Shown: positions 49,061 through 59,130, counted from the first letter of the stretch. The stretch is DNA of 64,000 bases from an uncultured delta proteobacterium (GCA_963765675.1 CAVXXK010000001.1:1792001-1856000), one strand, 5' to 3'. Notes: generated from the letters alone by a model not told the origin. A program made the numbers and translations.

Positions 49061-50017
49061 TTATTCGTGATGATGCTGCGCTTCGAGCCAGCGCTCGGCG
49101 TCGATCGCCGCCATACATCCGGTGCCCGCTGCCGTCACTGCCTGTCGATAGACCCGATCGGCGACGTCGCCGGCGGCGAACACACCCTCGACATTGGTGT
49201 AGGTCGTTCCGGGCTTGATCTTCAGGTAGCCCAGGTCGTCCATCTCGAGCTGGCCCTTGAAAATGTCGGTGTTGGGCTTGTGGCCGATCGCCATGAAGAC
49301 GCCGTCGGTTTTGAACTTCGAGGTCTTATTGTTCTTGACGTTCTTCAGCGTGACGGCGCTGACGCCGGTCTTCGGCTCGCCGTGAATTTCCTCGATTACT
49401 GAATCCCAAATGAATCCGATCTTCGGATTCTTGTGTGCGCGGTCCTGCATGATCTTCGACGCGCGCAGTTCTCCACGCCGATGCACGATCGAAACCTTGG
49501 AAGCGAATCGGGTCAGGAAAGTCGCTTCCTCGATCGCTGTGTCTCCGCCACCCACCACCACGATTTCCTTGTTCTTGAAAAACGCGCCGTCGCAGGTCGC
49601 GCATGCGCTGACGCCGTATCCCTTGAGCCGCTGCTCGGATTCGATTCCCAGCCACTTCGCGGTCGCACCCGTCGCTATGATCAGTGACTCGGTGCGGATC
49701 GTCTTGCCCTCGCATTCCAGCTCGAACGGCCGCGCGCCCAGGCGGACCTCGGAGACCTCGCCCTGCAGGAAGCGGGTGCCGAAACGCTCGACCTGCTTGC
49801 GGAACACCTCCATCATCTCGGGCCCCTGGACGCCTTTCTCAAAGCCCGGATAGTTCTCGACGTCGGTGGTGGTGGTGAGTTGGCCGCCTGGTTCCATCCC
49901 TTCGATCACCAGCGGGTGCAGATTGGCGCGCGCGCTATACAGCGCCGCGGTCAGGCCGGCGGGGCCGGAACCCAGTATCACAACTTTGTAGATTTCTTTG
50001 TCAGTTTCATCCGCCAT
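49061..50017 (-). CDS. trxB: Thioredoxin-disulfide reductase
   Basis: GSGPAG, GVSACATCDG, GGGDTA.EE, FAAGDV, RQAVTAAG.G. Confidence 0.96.
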   Translation of the reverse strand: MADETDKEIYKVVILGSGPAGLTAALYSARANLHPLVIEGMEPGGQLTTTTDVENYPGFEKGVQGPEMMEVFRKQVERFGTRFLQGEVSEVRLGARPFELECEGKTIRTESLIIATGATAKWLGIESEQRLKGYGVSACATCDGAFFKNKEIVVVGGGDTAIEEATFLTRFASKVSIVHRRGELRASKIMQDRAHKNPKIGFIWDSVIEEIHGEPKTGVSAVTLKNVKNNKTSKFKTDGVFMAIGHKPNTDIFKGQLEMDDLGYLKIKPGTTYTNVEGVFAAGDVADRVYRQAVTAAGTGCMAAIDAERWLEAQHHHE

Positions 50018-50105
50018 CAGCATTTCCTGGAAGTTCGCAAGCTGAATGCGACCGAGTTTATTGTATCCGCCGAGCCGGTCAACATAAGCTTATGGGTCAC
50101 GGAAC

Positions 50106-50657
50106 ATGGCAAACAAGAATAAATCCCGGCCCGCTCCGGCGCGGCTGACCCATCTCGATGCGCGTGGGCGGATCGCGATGGTCGATGTCGGCGCCAAGGC
50201 TGTCACCCGGCGCGAGGCGGTTGCGCGCGGGCAGGTCGTGATGGAGCCCGCTACGCTTGCCGCGATTATCGGCGGTAGCCTCGCCAAGGGTGAGGCGCTG
50301 GCGGCGGCGAGGATCGCGGGAATAATGGCCGCCAAACGAACCCACGAGATGATCCCGCTATGTCATCAGATTGCGCTTGACGTGGTCGAGATCGAATTCC
50401 GCCCCAGTCGCAACAGCTCCGCGCTCGAAATTGAGGCGCGCGCCGTCACCAGCGCGCGCACCGGCGTCGAGATGGAAGCGATGGCCGCGGTCAGCGTGGC
50501 GGCGCTTACGATTTACGACATGGCGAAATCTATCGACCGCGCGATGGAGATCGGCGCGATTCGACTGGTCAGCAAGTCCGGCGGCCGCAGCGGCGAGTTC
50601 CGGCGCGCGAATGAAGTGCCGTGGCCGCATCCGCAATCCTCGTCCCGATCCAAATGA
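50106..50657 (+). CDS. moaC: Cyclic pyranopterin monophosphate synthase MoaC
   Basis: LTHLD..G...MVDV, IPLCH, TGVEMEA, IYDMAK. Confidence 0.95.
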   Translation: MANKNKSRPAPARLTHLDARGRIAMVDVGAKAVTRREAVARGQVVMEPATLAAIIGGSLAKGEALAAARIAGIMAAKRTHEMIPLCHQIALDVVEIEFRPSRNSSALEIEARAVTSARTGVEMEAMAAVSVAALTIYDMAKSIDRAMEIGAIRLVSKSGGRSGEFRRANEVPWPHPQSSSRSK

Positions 50658-51881
50658 CCTCCGAGCGAATCACGTCTGCTCCCGAAAAGGCAGCGTTTGA
50701 ACCTGGCGGACGAATTTTTCTGCGCACCGGACGCGACGGTCCCGTGCGTGGCGGCAATCCATGGATTTTCTCGCAGGCGATCGCGCGGGTCGAGCCGCTC
50801 GGGTCTGGCCGCCGGCGCCTTGGTCGAGGTGCGCGATTCCGGCGGCGATTTGCTCGGTCTCGGCTACTACAATTCCGCGACCACGATCGCGATCCGGATG
50901 CTTGCTTGGGGTGAGGCTCCGGGACTCGCTGGCCTGATTGCGCGGCGCCTGGGTGACGCGATCGCGATGCGCACGCGATTTATCCGCGACGACACGGACT
51001 CGTACCGGATCGTCAATGGCGATGGCGACGGGCTCTCAGGCGTGGTGGTCGATCGCTACGGCGACGTGCTGGTGCTCCAGCTTCTGACGGCAGGTACGGA
51101 TGCGATGCGCGCGGAAATCATTTCAGCGCTCGCCGACCGCCTCTCGCCGCGAGCGATTGTCGAGCGCAGCCAGGGCGCGGTGCGCAAGCAGGAGGGTCTT
51201 CCCGATCGGGTCGGCGTCGCGTACGGCACCGAGGTTTCTGAAACCGTCGCGACTGAAAATGGAATAAAAGTCGTCGTCGATCTCGCTCGCGGACAGAAGA
51301 CCGGTGCGTTTCTGGACCAGCGCGAAAACCGCGCTATCGTGCGCGGACAATCTGCCGGCGCCCGCGTGCTGGATGCGTACTGCTACAATGGCGGGTTCGC
51401 GCTCGCGGCACTGGCGGGCGGTGCTGCGCGTGTCGTCGCGATCGACACAGCCGCTCGCGCGCTCGCGGTGGCGGAGAAGAACCTTGCTCTCAATGGCTAT
51501 CCTCTCGATGCGGCCGAATTGATTCATGCTGAAGCCGGCGAATTCATGGCCGATACCGCGGAGCGCTTCGACGTCGTGGTCCTCGACCCGCCTCCTTTGG
51601 CCCGCAGCCGAGCCGACGCCGAGCGTGCGGGACGCATGTATGTCGAGCTGAACGCGCTTGCGATGCGGGTGCTCGCGCCGGGGGGACGAATCCTGACCTT
51701 CAGTTGCTCGGTTCATTTCCGGGGCGAGGAATTCCTGCGCGCGGTGCGGATCGCCCAGAACAAATCCGGGCGCAAGCTCAAGATGCTCGCGCGGCTCGGT
51801 CCGGGCCCTGACCATCCGGTGTTGCTCGGGCATGCCGAAGGCGAGTATCTGACGGGGCTGTTGCTGGCCGATTTGGGCTGA
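50654..51881 (+). CDS. rlmI: RlmI-family class I SAM-dependent rRNA methyltransferase (frameshift near 50797)
   Basis: PUA-like G.PWIFS, then GDGLSG..VDRY, GQKTG.FLDQRENR, LDPPP, DHP....EGEYL. Confidence 0.8.
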
Positions 51882-51957
51882 CGGCATAAAACCGGCCATT
51901 CCCTGCTTGCACACTAAGGCACTTTCCTTGAGTATAGAGCGGATTTTCGAGGTCGGA

Positions 51958-53094
51958 ATGATACCAAACAGTATCGGGCGCAAGTGTATAGTCTTGCTCG
52001 TAGCTATCGGGGCGCTTGCCGTTTCCGCATGTCATCGCGAGGTTGCGGTGCCGCCGATCAAAGAACGGGCGATCACCTTCACCGATCGATTCTTCGACGT
52101 TTGGCCGACCAGTCCTACCCGGGCGTTTATCGTCGGCACGCGCGGCAAGGTTTTGCTCACCGAAGACGGGGGACTGCATTTCAAGCAGATCGATATCGGC
52201 ACCGATCTGGCCGTGTTCGGGATCCAGATGGCTGACGATCAATACGGCTACCTGTGCGGGCAGGACGGCCTGATAATGCGCACGCGCGACGGCGGCAAGA
52301 CCTGGCAGCGCATCAACTCGCGCACCAATTTATTTATTTTCTCGCTGTCCTTTCCCGATCGCCTGCACGGATTCTTTGTCGGCGACGGCTCCCTGGTGCT
52401 CAGCACCACCGACGGCGGCGAAACGTTTCTGAAGCGCGAGTTAGAGCACCTGTTTCCGCCGGAGCTTCAGGACTACGCGCTTCCATTCGAAGAGCCGAAG
52501 CTTTATGGCGTCTCCTTCGTTGACGATAATCGCGGATGGATCGTTGGCGAGCTGGGCCGGATTTGGGCGACCGACAACGGCGGCAAGACCTGGCAGGAGC
52601 AGCAGGGTTCGCTGGTCCCGCAATGGAAGCGTCCGCTTGGCCCCAACGACGATCCCCGCTTCGCCGATTTTCAGCTCCCGAGCATGTTCGGCGTATCCTT
52701 CCGCGATGCCCAGCATGGCGCCGCGTGCGGGGTCGAAGGATGGGTGATTGAAACCAGCGACGGCGGCAAGACCTGGAGCTTTGCGCATCGCGCCGACAAG
52801 CCCGGCGGTCCGCCCGAGCCGATAATGACCGAAAAGCCGCAGATTCCCGCGCGCGATCCGCTGTTCTCGATCGATCTGTTCGGCGCCGATCAGGGAATGA
52901 CGGTCGGGCTGACCGGCACGGTCCTGCGCTTGCAGCCCAATGGCGCATGGGCGCACGACAGCAGCGTCGCGGCGCTGCCGTTTCCATTTAGTCAGGTGCG
53001 CTTCTTCGACAGCCAGCACGGATGGATCGTGGGCCTGGGCACGGTTCTATACACAGCGGATGGCGGCAAGACCTGGCGCTTTTGCCAGGGCTAG
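51958..53094 (+). CDS. YCF48-like BNR-repeat beta-propeller lipoprotein
   Basis: Lipobox VSAC and repeated T.DGG.TW (Asp-box) motifs. Confidence 0.85.
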   Translation: MIPNSIGRKCIVLLVAIGALAVSACHREVAVPPIKERAITFTDRFFDVWPTSPTRAFIVGTRGKVLLTEDGGLHFKQIDIGTDLAVFGIQMADDQYGYLCGQDGLIMRTRDGGKTWQRINSRTNLFIFSLSFPDRLHGFFVGDGSLVLSTTDGGETFLKRELEHLFPPELQDYALPFEEPKLYGVSFVDDNRGWIVGELGRIWATDNGGKTWQEQQGSLVPQWKRPLGPNDDPRFADFQLPSMFGVSFRDAQHGAACGVEGWVIETSDGGKTWSFAHRADKPGGPPEPIMTEKPQIPARDPLFSIDLFGADQGMTVGLTGTVLRLQPNGAWAHDSSVAALPFPFSQVRFFDSQHGWIVGLGTVLYTADGGKTWRFCQG

Positions 53095-53124
53095 CCCGGC
53101 GCGCGGCGTAAAGCGGAGAACTCG

Positions 53125-55515
53125 ATGGTCTGGTACCGGTTCGGCGAATGGATAATCAAGCGGCGCTTTTACGTGCTGATCGTGATCGCCGCACTGACCG
53201 GCTTCTTCGGCTACTACGCGGCGCAAACCCGCCTGGTGACCAGCTTCGGCGATCTGCTCCCGCAGAACCATCCGTTCATAAAAATCGCCCACAAGTACGA
53301 CAAATACTTCGGCAGCGTCAACAACGTCACCATCATGATCGAGGCGCGCGAGGGCACGATCTATACGCCTGCGATTCTCGCCAAGATCGTCAAGATGACG
53401 AGCGACATGGATCTGGTTTACGGAATCCAGCATGGTTCGGTGCGTTCGCTCTCCACCGCGAGCTTCTTCCGTCCACTGGCGGGCGGTGTGATCCTGAACA
53501 CTCCGGTGCTGCCGGGCGGCAAGGTTCCCTCGACCCAGGGAGAGATCGATGAGGTCCGCAGCAACGTCCACAAAAATCCGGGCGTGGTATTCGGACGGTT
53601 CGTCTCGCTCGACGACAAGGCCGCGATTATCGAGGGGAGCTTCCTCGAGTCGCGGCTCGACTACCAGCGGATCTTCGACGAGGTTTACAAAATCGTCGTC
53701 GATCCTGAAAAAGGATCGGACGTAAGGATCTATGTTGGCGGGCAGCCGATTCTGTACGGATGGGTATACCATTACACGCCGCAAATTTTCAAAATTTTCC
53801 TCCTGACCGTGCTCGCGCTGTGGATTCTGCTCTATCTCTATTTCCATGATTGGCGCGGAGCGCTGCGCCCGACGATCTCGGGCGTAATCTGCGCGATCTG
53901 GGGCCTGGGCTTTATCCGGCTCATCGGGTTCACGCTCGATCCGCTGGTGCTGGTGATCCCGTTCCTGATAACCGCGCGCGCCGTCAGCCATTCGGTGCAG
54001 ATGCACGATCGGTATTACGAGGAGTATTACCGCACTCGCGACAAGAACACCGCGATCCTTTCCGCCTTCTCGGAATTGTTCGTTCCGTCGCTCTCGGGAA
54101 TCCTGACCGACGCATTCGGAGTGCTGGTGATCCTGCTGGTGCCGGTGCTGTTCCTGCAAAAGCTCGCGATCACGGCGTCGTTCTGGATCGCCGCGATTAT
54201 CGTAAGCGAGTTGCTGCTCAACCCGATCGTCTATTACTACCTCGAGCCGCCGCGAATCGAAGTGATCGAACGGCGCGAGCATGGCTTCTTCAAGCGGATG
54301 CTGATCGCGATCGCGCATCCGATGCTCGAGCCTCGCGGGCGTAGAATCACGATGATCGCGACCGCGGTCGCGGTTTTGCTCTGCGCATTCTTCTGGACCG
54401 GGCTCAAGGTCGGCGACCCGTCTTCGCAATCGCCGGTGCTGTGGCCCAACTCGCCCTACAACCACGCGATGAAATCGATCCAGGACGAGTTCGGCGCGAT
54501 CGAACAGTTCGTGGTGGTCGCGGAGCTGAAAAGTCGCGGCGCGCTGAACGATCCGAAGCTGTATCACGTGATGGATCGCTACGAACGCTACATGGAAGGC
54601 GATCCCGCGGTCGGAAGCGCTTTTTCGGTCGCCGACCTGCTCTCCAACGGTGGCGGCGCACTGCAAGAGTTCGAGCCAAAATGGTTCGTGCTGCCGGCCA
54701 CCAAGCGCGGCACCGGCCAATTGCTCGGCGGCTTGCTGGCAGGCGCCTCACCGCTTTCGACCGCGTACATTATTACGCCGCGGCGCGACGCGACCCAGAT
54801 CACCGTGTACGTGAAGAATCGCGAGGGCGAAAACATCCAGCGAATCGTGCTCCGCACCCAGCGCTTTTTCGCCGATCCGAAAAATCACGTTGACGGAGTC
54901 GAGTTCAAGCTCGCCGCCGGAATTATCGGTGAGCTGGCCGCCGCCAACCAGGAAATTATCGACAACGATCTGCTGCTCAACGTGCTCGCCTTCGCGACCA
55001 TCTACATAATCGTGCTCCTTACCTACCGATCGTTCATGGCGGGTTTTTATTTGCTGTTTCCGCTCGCGCTGGCCAACGCGGCGATCAACGCATACATGGG
55101 CGCGCACGACGTCGGGATCAACATCAACACGCTGCCGGTGGTCACGGTCGGCGTCGGATTCGGAATCGACTACGCGATTTATATCGTGAGCCGGATTATC
55201 GAGGAGCTCGCCCTTGGCCGCGAACTCAAGGATGCGACCTACAGCGCCCTGGTTACTTCCGGCAAGGCTGTCGCCTTCACCGCGCTGACGCTGGTCGCTT
55301 CCGTGCTGTTCTGGTACTGGTCGAGCATCAGGTTCGACGCCGAAATGGGGATGCTGCTTGCGGTCTGGATGTTCGTGTCGATGATCGGCGCGATGACAAT
55401 TCTGCCGGTTCTGATCGTGACCTTCGATCCGAAATTCATCCATCGCGAGAAGGACCGGGTGCTCGCGTCGCGACGCCCCGACCTGGCGCAACGCACGGTG
55501 GCAACGGCGTCATAG
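53125..55515 (+). CDS. MMPL/RND-family transporter
   Basis: LLPQNHPF, ARAVSHSVQ, TDAFG, GVGFGIDYAIY..SRI.EE, SGKAV.FTALT; two repeats of an RND half. Confidence 0.9.
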   Translation: MVWYRFGEWIIKRRFYVLIVIAALTGFFGYYAAQTRLVTSFGDLLPQNHPFIKIAHKYDKYFGSVNNVTIMIEAREGTIYTPAILAKIVKMTSDMDLVYGIQHGSVRSLSTASFFRPLAGGVILNTPVLPGGKVPSTQGEIDEVRSNVHKNPGVVFGRFVSLDDKAAIIEGSFLESRLDYQRIFDEVYKIVVDPEKGSDVRIYVGGQPILYGWVYHYTPQIFKIFLLTVLALWILLYLYFHDWRGALRPTISGVICAIWGLGFIRLIGFTLDPLVLVIPFLITARAVSHSVQMHDRYYEEYYRTRDKNTAILSAFSELFVPSLSGILTDAFGVLVILLVPVLFLQKLAITASFWIAAIIVSELLLNPIVYYYLEPPRIEVIERREHGFFKRMLIAIAHPMLEPRGRRITMIATAVAVLLCAFFWTGLKVGDPSSQSPVLWPNSPYNHAMKSIQDEFGAIEQFVVVAELKSRGALNDPKLYHVMDRYERYMEGDPAVGSAFSVADLLSNGGGALQEFEPKWFVLPATKRGTGQLLGGLLAGASPLSTAYIITPRRDATQITVYVKNREGENIQRIVLRTQRFFADPKNHVDGVEFKLAAGIIGELAAANQEIIDNDLLLNVLAFATIYIIVLLTYRSFMAGFYLLFPLALANAAINAYMGAHDVGININTLPVVTVGVGFGIDYAIYIVSRIIEELALGRELKDATYSALVTSGKAVAFTALTLVASVLFWYWSSIRFDAEMGMLLAVWMFVSMIGAMTILPVLIVTFDPKFIHREKDRVLASRRPDLAQRTVATAS

Positions 55516-55544
55516 CGGCGTGCGCCGAGAGATCGAGCACGGCG

Positions 55545-55943
55545 ATGAAGCTCTTGCGGCTGGATCATTTTGGAGTCGAGGTCGCCGAGCTCGCGCGCGC
55601 CGAGCGGTTCTATACCGGCGTGCTGGGGCTTGCCGTGGCGGCGAACCTCGGGGACCAGGTGCTGCTGGAATGCGGCGGACAAAACCTTGCGCTGTTTGAA
55701 GTACCGCGCCCGCCGATGACGCCGCAGGCTCGCGCCGCGCTGATCGCGCATCCTCTCGGCCGGGGGCATCATGCGTTCCGCGTCAGCGCGCACGACTTTG
55801 CGGACGCAAAACAGCGCCTGGCGGCGGCGGGCGTCGAGACTGCTCAGCCAATAGACTGGGGCGATCACGATTGCATGTATTTCCTCGATCCCGACGGCAA
55901 TCTGCTCGAGCTCGTCTGTTACCGCGATGAGACGGGTCGATGA
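55545..55943 (+). CDS. VOC / glyoxalase family protein
   Basis: LDHFGVEV..RFYTGVLGL, HHAF.V, YFLDPDGNLLEL. Confidence 0.88.
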   Translation: MKLLRLDHFGVEVAELARAERFYTGVLGLAVAANLGDQVLLECGGQNLALFEVPRPPMTPQARAALIAHPLGRGHHAFRVSAHDFADAKQRLAAAGVETAQPIDWGDHDCMYFLDPDGNLLELVCYRDETGR

Positions 55944-55944
55944 A

Positions 55945-56559
55945 ATGACCGCCCGATGCCGTGTGGCGTTGGCATTTCTGTTGGTTGCCGCGATCGCCGC
56001 GATGCCTTCGCTCGTGCGGGCGGAGATGGTTCGATACGTCGTCGATCCAAGCCAGTGCGAAGTTCTCGCCGTGGTCGCGCAGCCGATGTCGAGATTCCGC
56101 GGCGACGCGGTCGGGAGTTTTCAGGTGCGCTCCGGCGAGGTGACGGGCAACCCCGACAATCCGTCGGTCGACGCAAATCTGAAGCTCGTGATCGATGCCT
56201 CGAGCTATTCGAGCGGAAATTCGCGGCGTGACAGGGTCGTTACCGGAACTGTGCTCGACTCAGCCACCTATCCCGACATTACCTTCGTCAGCACCGGGGT
56301 GAAGGACGTGGCGATGGACACGCCCGGCGAAGGCTCCGCCTTGATTATCGGCAATCTCACCATGCACGGGCAGACGCAATCGATTCAGGCCCTGGTGAGC
56401 GTCGCGCTAATCGGGCGTGATCGGCTCGAGGCGCGCGGCGAAGTCACCTTCCGCTACCCGCGATTCGGGATCGCCGTTCCCAAGTTGCTCGGCATGATGC
56501 ACGCGAGCGACGAAGTGACGGTCAAGTACCGAATCGTCGCGAACCGCGTCGCTCGATAG
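55945..56559 (+). CDS. YceI-family lipid/polyisoprenoid-binding protein
   Basis: Signal peptide, IDASS..SGN..RD, LD..YP.ITF.ST, GNLTMHG.T. Confidence 0.85.
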   Translation: MTARCRVALAFLLVAAIAAMPSLVRAEMVRYVVDPSQCEVLAVVAQPMSRFRGDAVGSFQVRSGEVTGNPDNPSVDANLKLVIDASSYSSGNSRRDRVVTGTVLDSATYPDITFVSTGVKDVAMDTPGEGSALIIGNLTMHGQTQSIQALVSVALIGRDRLEARGEVTFRYPRFGIAVPKLLGMMHASDEVTVKYRIVANRVAR

Positions 56560-57871
56560 CCCGCGCGTGCGGCGCCGCGCTCAGCTCCGCGCTTGGGGTC
56601 GCGCGCACGACCGGCGGAGTATGCAGCTCCCGGAACATCACTTCCGGATCGTAGTCGCCCGGCGCCGTGATCAGCAGTGAGTCCAACGAATGCGCCCCGC
56701 GCGCCATCGTTTCCCATCCGGTCATCACATAACCGACGCCACGGCTGGGCGGACGCGACGCCGCGGCGGTCTCGGAGGCGCCGGTTTCGTCGCGGAAATA
56801 GACGCGGCGCTGGATATTGTTCAGATCGGCGACGGGCGCGAGCGTTTGTACCGTGGTGCGGCCGTGGCCGCGAAACGCGATCCACGAAATCGCCGCGGCG
56901 TGATCCTCGGCGAGCGCATCTTCGGCGCGAGTATCGCCAATCTTGATCGGCGCCGTCCGCATTCCGGACCACAAAAGCTCATAGCCGCTCAGATCGGTGA
57001 AATCAAAATCGACCCGGACCTCGATATCTCCAAACAGTGCGTCGGGCAGCTCCGGAAAATCGACCGTGAACGGATTCTCGAAATAATCGCGGTAGAAAAA
57101 GTCGTCGCTCAGAGCCTCTGAAGAACTGATCCCGGGAAAGAGGCTGACCGAGTGGCTGACCCGTTTGATCACGCGGATCGGCCCCGATTTCCACGCCAGC
57201 ACGCGATTGCTCACATCGTTCTCGGTCAGCGAGATATGAAACAGTCCGAACACACGCGCGCGCATCCGGACCTTAAATCGATCGATCATGTTCGGCAGAT
57301 GCTGCCCCTTACGGTTCTGCAGCGTGAAGTCGTCCGCGATGTCGTTGGTGAAGCCCAGCCGGTAGCTGTCGGTCTCGATCGCGCCGGACGCGGGGTCGTA
57401 GGTGATATAGCTTATGGGGCTGCGCTCGGGCGCGTCCACCGCCGCAATATAAACGTAGCGTGCGGGGCCACCCAGTGGATCGATGATCTGAAGCTCGACG
57501 GCGCCCGGCGGCAGTGCCGCACCGCGCGGCGCGCGTCCGTCAAGGTCCGACATCATCATTGCGATTTCGTCGCCGCTATCGAGCACCCCGGGCGATTCGT
57601 CCACCGTCGGCTCGGGCCCGTCCGGCAGCGCGTAGGTGCCGTCAGTGGCGACTTCATCGATCTGAAACGGGATCGGTTCGAGTGTCGCGCCGTGCGCCGC
57701 CAGGACTTCGAAACGGCTAGTGCGCTGGCCGATGAGCTGCGGAATCTGCGCGCCGCGAACCAGCAGCGGCTGCCAACTGCGCGGGCTCGCAACCACGCGC
57801 CCCGCTGCGAGCAGCAGAAGTCCCGCCGTTAACAGCGCGATGCGGGCATGGCGGATACCGTCACGATCCAT
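56522..57871 (-). CDS. Hypothetical exported protein
   Basis: Signal peptide, IPFQIDE, DE..MM.D..GR, DRFKVR, GP.RVIKR. Overlaps the 3' end of the yceI-like gene. Confidence 0.75.
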   Translation of the reverse strand: MDRDGIRHARIALLTAGLLLLAAGRVVASPRSWQPLLVRGAQIPQLIGQRTSRFEVLAAHGATLEPIPFQIDEVATDGTYALPDGPEPTVDESPGVLDSGDEIAMMMSDLDGRAPRGAALPPGAVELQIIDPLGGPARYVYIAAVDAPERSPISYITYDPASGAIETDSYRLGFTNDIADDFTLQNRKGQHLPNMIDRFKVRMRARVFGLFHISLTENDVSNRVLAWKSGPIRVIKRVSHSVSLFPGISSSEALSDDFFYRDYFENPFTVDFPELPDALFGDIEVRVDFDFTDLSGYELLWSGMRTAPIKIGDTRAEDALAEDHAAAISWIAFRGHGRTTVQTLAPVADLNNIQRRVYFRDETGASETAAASRPPSRGVGYVMTGWETMARGAHSLDSLLITAPGDYDPEVMFRELHTPPVVRATPSAELSAAPHARAIERRGSRRFGT

Positions 57872-57885
57872 TACAACTCCCTAGC

Positions 57886-58797
57886 ATGGCGGATTTTTCC
57901 GTTGCGCCAAAGGGCGCCAAACCTCCCCGCGAGATCGACGAGCTGGCCGCGGCGATCGACGCCGACGGCGGCGCGGCCCTGGCCGCCTACCAGGAACCGC
58001 TCGGCGATCATTGGCATCTGTTCGCGTTGCTGCCGATCGCGATGGTCAAGCCCACGCCCTATCAGCGCGATCTCTCGCCGGCGCATCTGAAGCGGATGGT
58101 CGAGGTGATGAAGAAGCTCGACCGCTTCACCGAGCCGATTGTCGCCGTGCGTTCCGGCGGAATCTACTACACTCCCAACGGGAATCATCGCCGCGCCGCT
58201 GCTGAAAAGGCGAAGGCGAAACTGATCCCGGCGATTGTGATTCCCGAACCGGACGTGGCTTTTCAGATCCTCGCGCTCAACACCGAGAAGCAGCACAACC
58301 TGCGCGACAAGGCGCTCGAGGTCGTCAGGATGTACCGCGCGCGCATGGAGCAGGACCCGCGCCGCGCCGAGAAAGACTACGCGTTCGAGTTCGAGCGCGC
58401 GCATTTTATCACGCTCGGGATCATGTACGAGAAAAAACCCCGCTTCTCGGGCGGCGTGTACGCGCCGCTATTGAGCCGCGTCGACGGCTTCCTCGCCAAG
58501 CCGCTCGCCTCCGCGTTCGAGGATCGCCTCGAGCGCGCGGCCCAAGTCGAGCGCGCCGACGAGCTGCTGGTCGATCTCGTAGCCCAGGGCAAGAAGCGCG
58601 GCTTGCTGCATCCCTACCTGAAGAACTTCATCGTCGCCCGCTCGAATCCGCTGACCCGCGCCCGCAAGAATCTGCCGACCTGCAAAGCCGCACTAACCAG
58701 CTTGATCAAAGCGCTAGAAGAATTCGACCTCGGCAAAATCCACTACGGCCAAATCCGCGACGCCGCGCAGATTGTCGCCGCAACGGCGAGTGAGTAG
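57886..58797 (+). CDS. ParB/Sulfiredoxin N-terminal domain protein (orphan)
   Basis: PTPYQRDLS, F.EPIVAV, TPNGNHR..A, ALN.EK; helical C-terminus. Confidence 0.78.
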   Translation: MADFSVAPKGAKPPREIDELAAAIDADGGAALAAYQEPLGDHWHLFALLPIAMVKPTPYQRDLSPAHLKRMVEVMKKLDRFTEPIVAVRSGGIYYTPNGNHRRAAAEKAKAKLIPAIVIPEPDVAFQILALNTEKQHNLRDKALEVVRMYRARMEQDPRRAEKDYAFEFERAHFITLGIMYEKKPRFSGGVYAPLLSRVDGFLAKPLASAFEDRLERAAQVERADELLVDLVAQGKKRGLLHPYLKNFIVARSNPLTRARKNLPTCKAALTSLIKALEEFDLGKIHYGQIRDAAQIVAATASE

Positions 58798-58809
58798 CGC
58801 ACCTTCGCC

Positions 58810-59130
58810 GAGATTTGCACCGTTCGCGACTTGTCATTCCCGCGCGCGTGGCTGCCGCGCGCGAGGAATCCCGGACGAAGGTTCGCTGTACGTGGAGGTA
58901 GCTTGGATCATGGCCGCCTCGGGATTCCTCGCCTAGGGCTCGGCATGACGATCGAGGGCTCGGTGCATGAGTATGGGAGTTCCAGCCGAGCCCCAATTGT
59001 CATTTCGACCGAAAGGAGAAATCCCGGGGCGTACATGCTCCGAGCTACGCGTATTCAGTGTCCCTCCGATCGGGATTCCTCGCGCGGCAGCCACGCGCGG
59101 GATGACACCGTAGAACGCGCAACCGTGAAA
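58810..59130. repeat. Composite four-unit GTCATT-type palindromic element
   Basis: GAGATTTGCACCGTT leader as at 25799, four alternating units, AACCGTGAAA trailer as at 48193. Confidence 0.88.
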
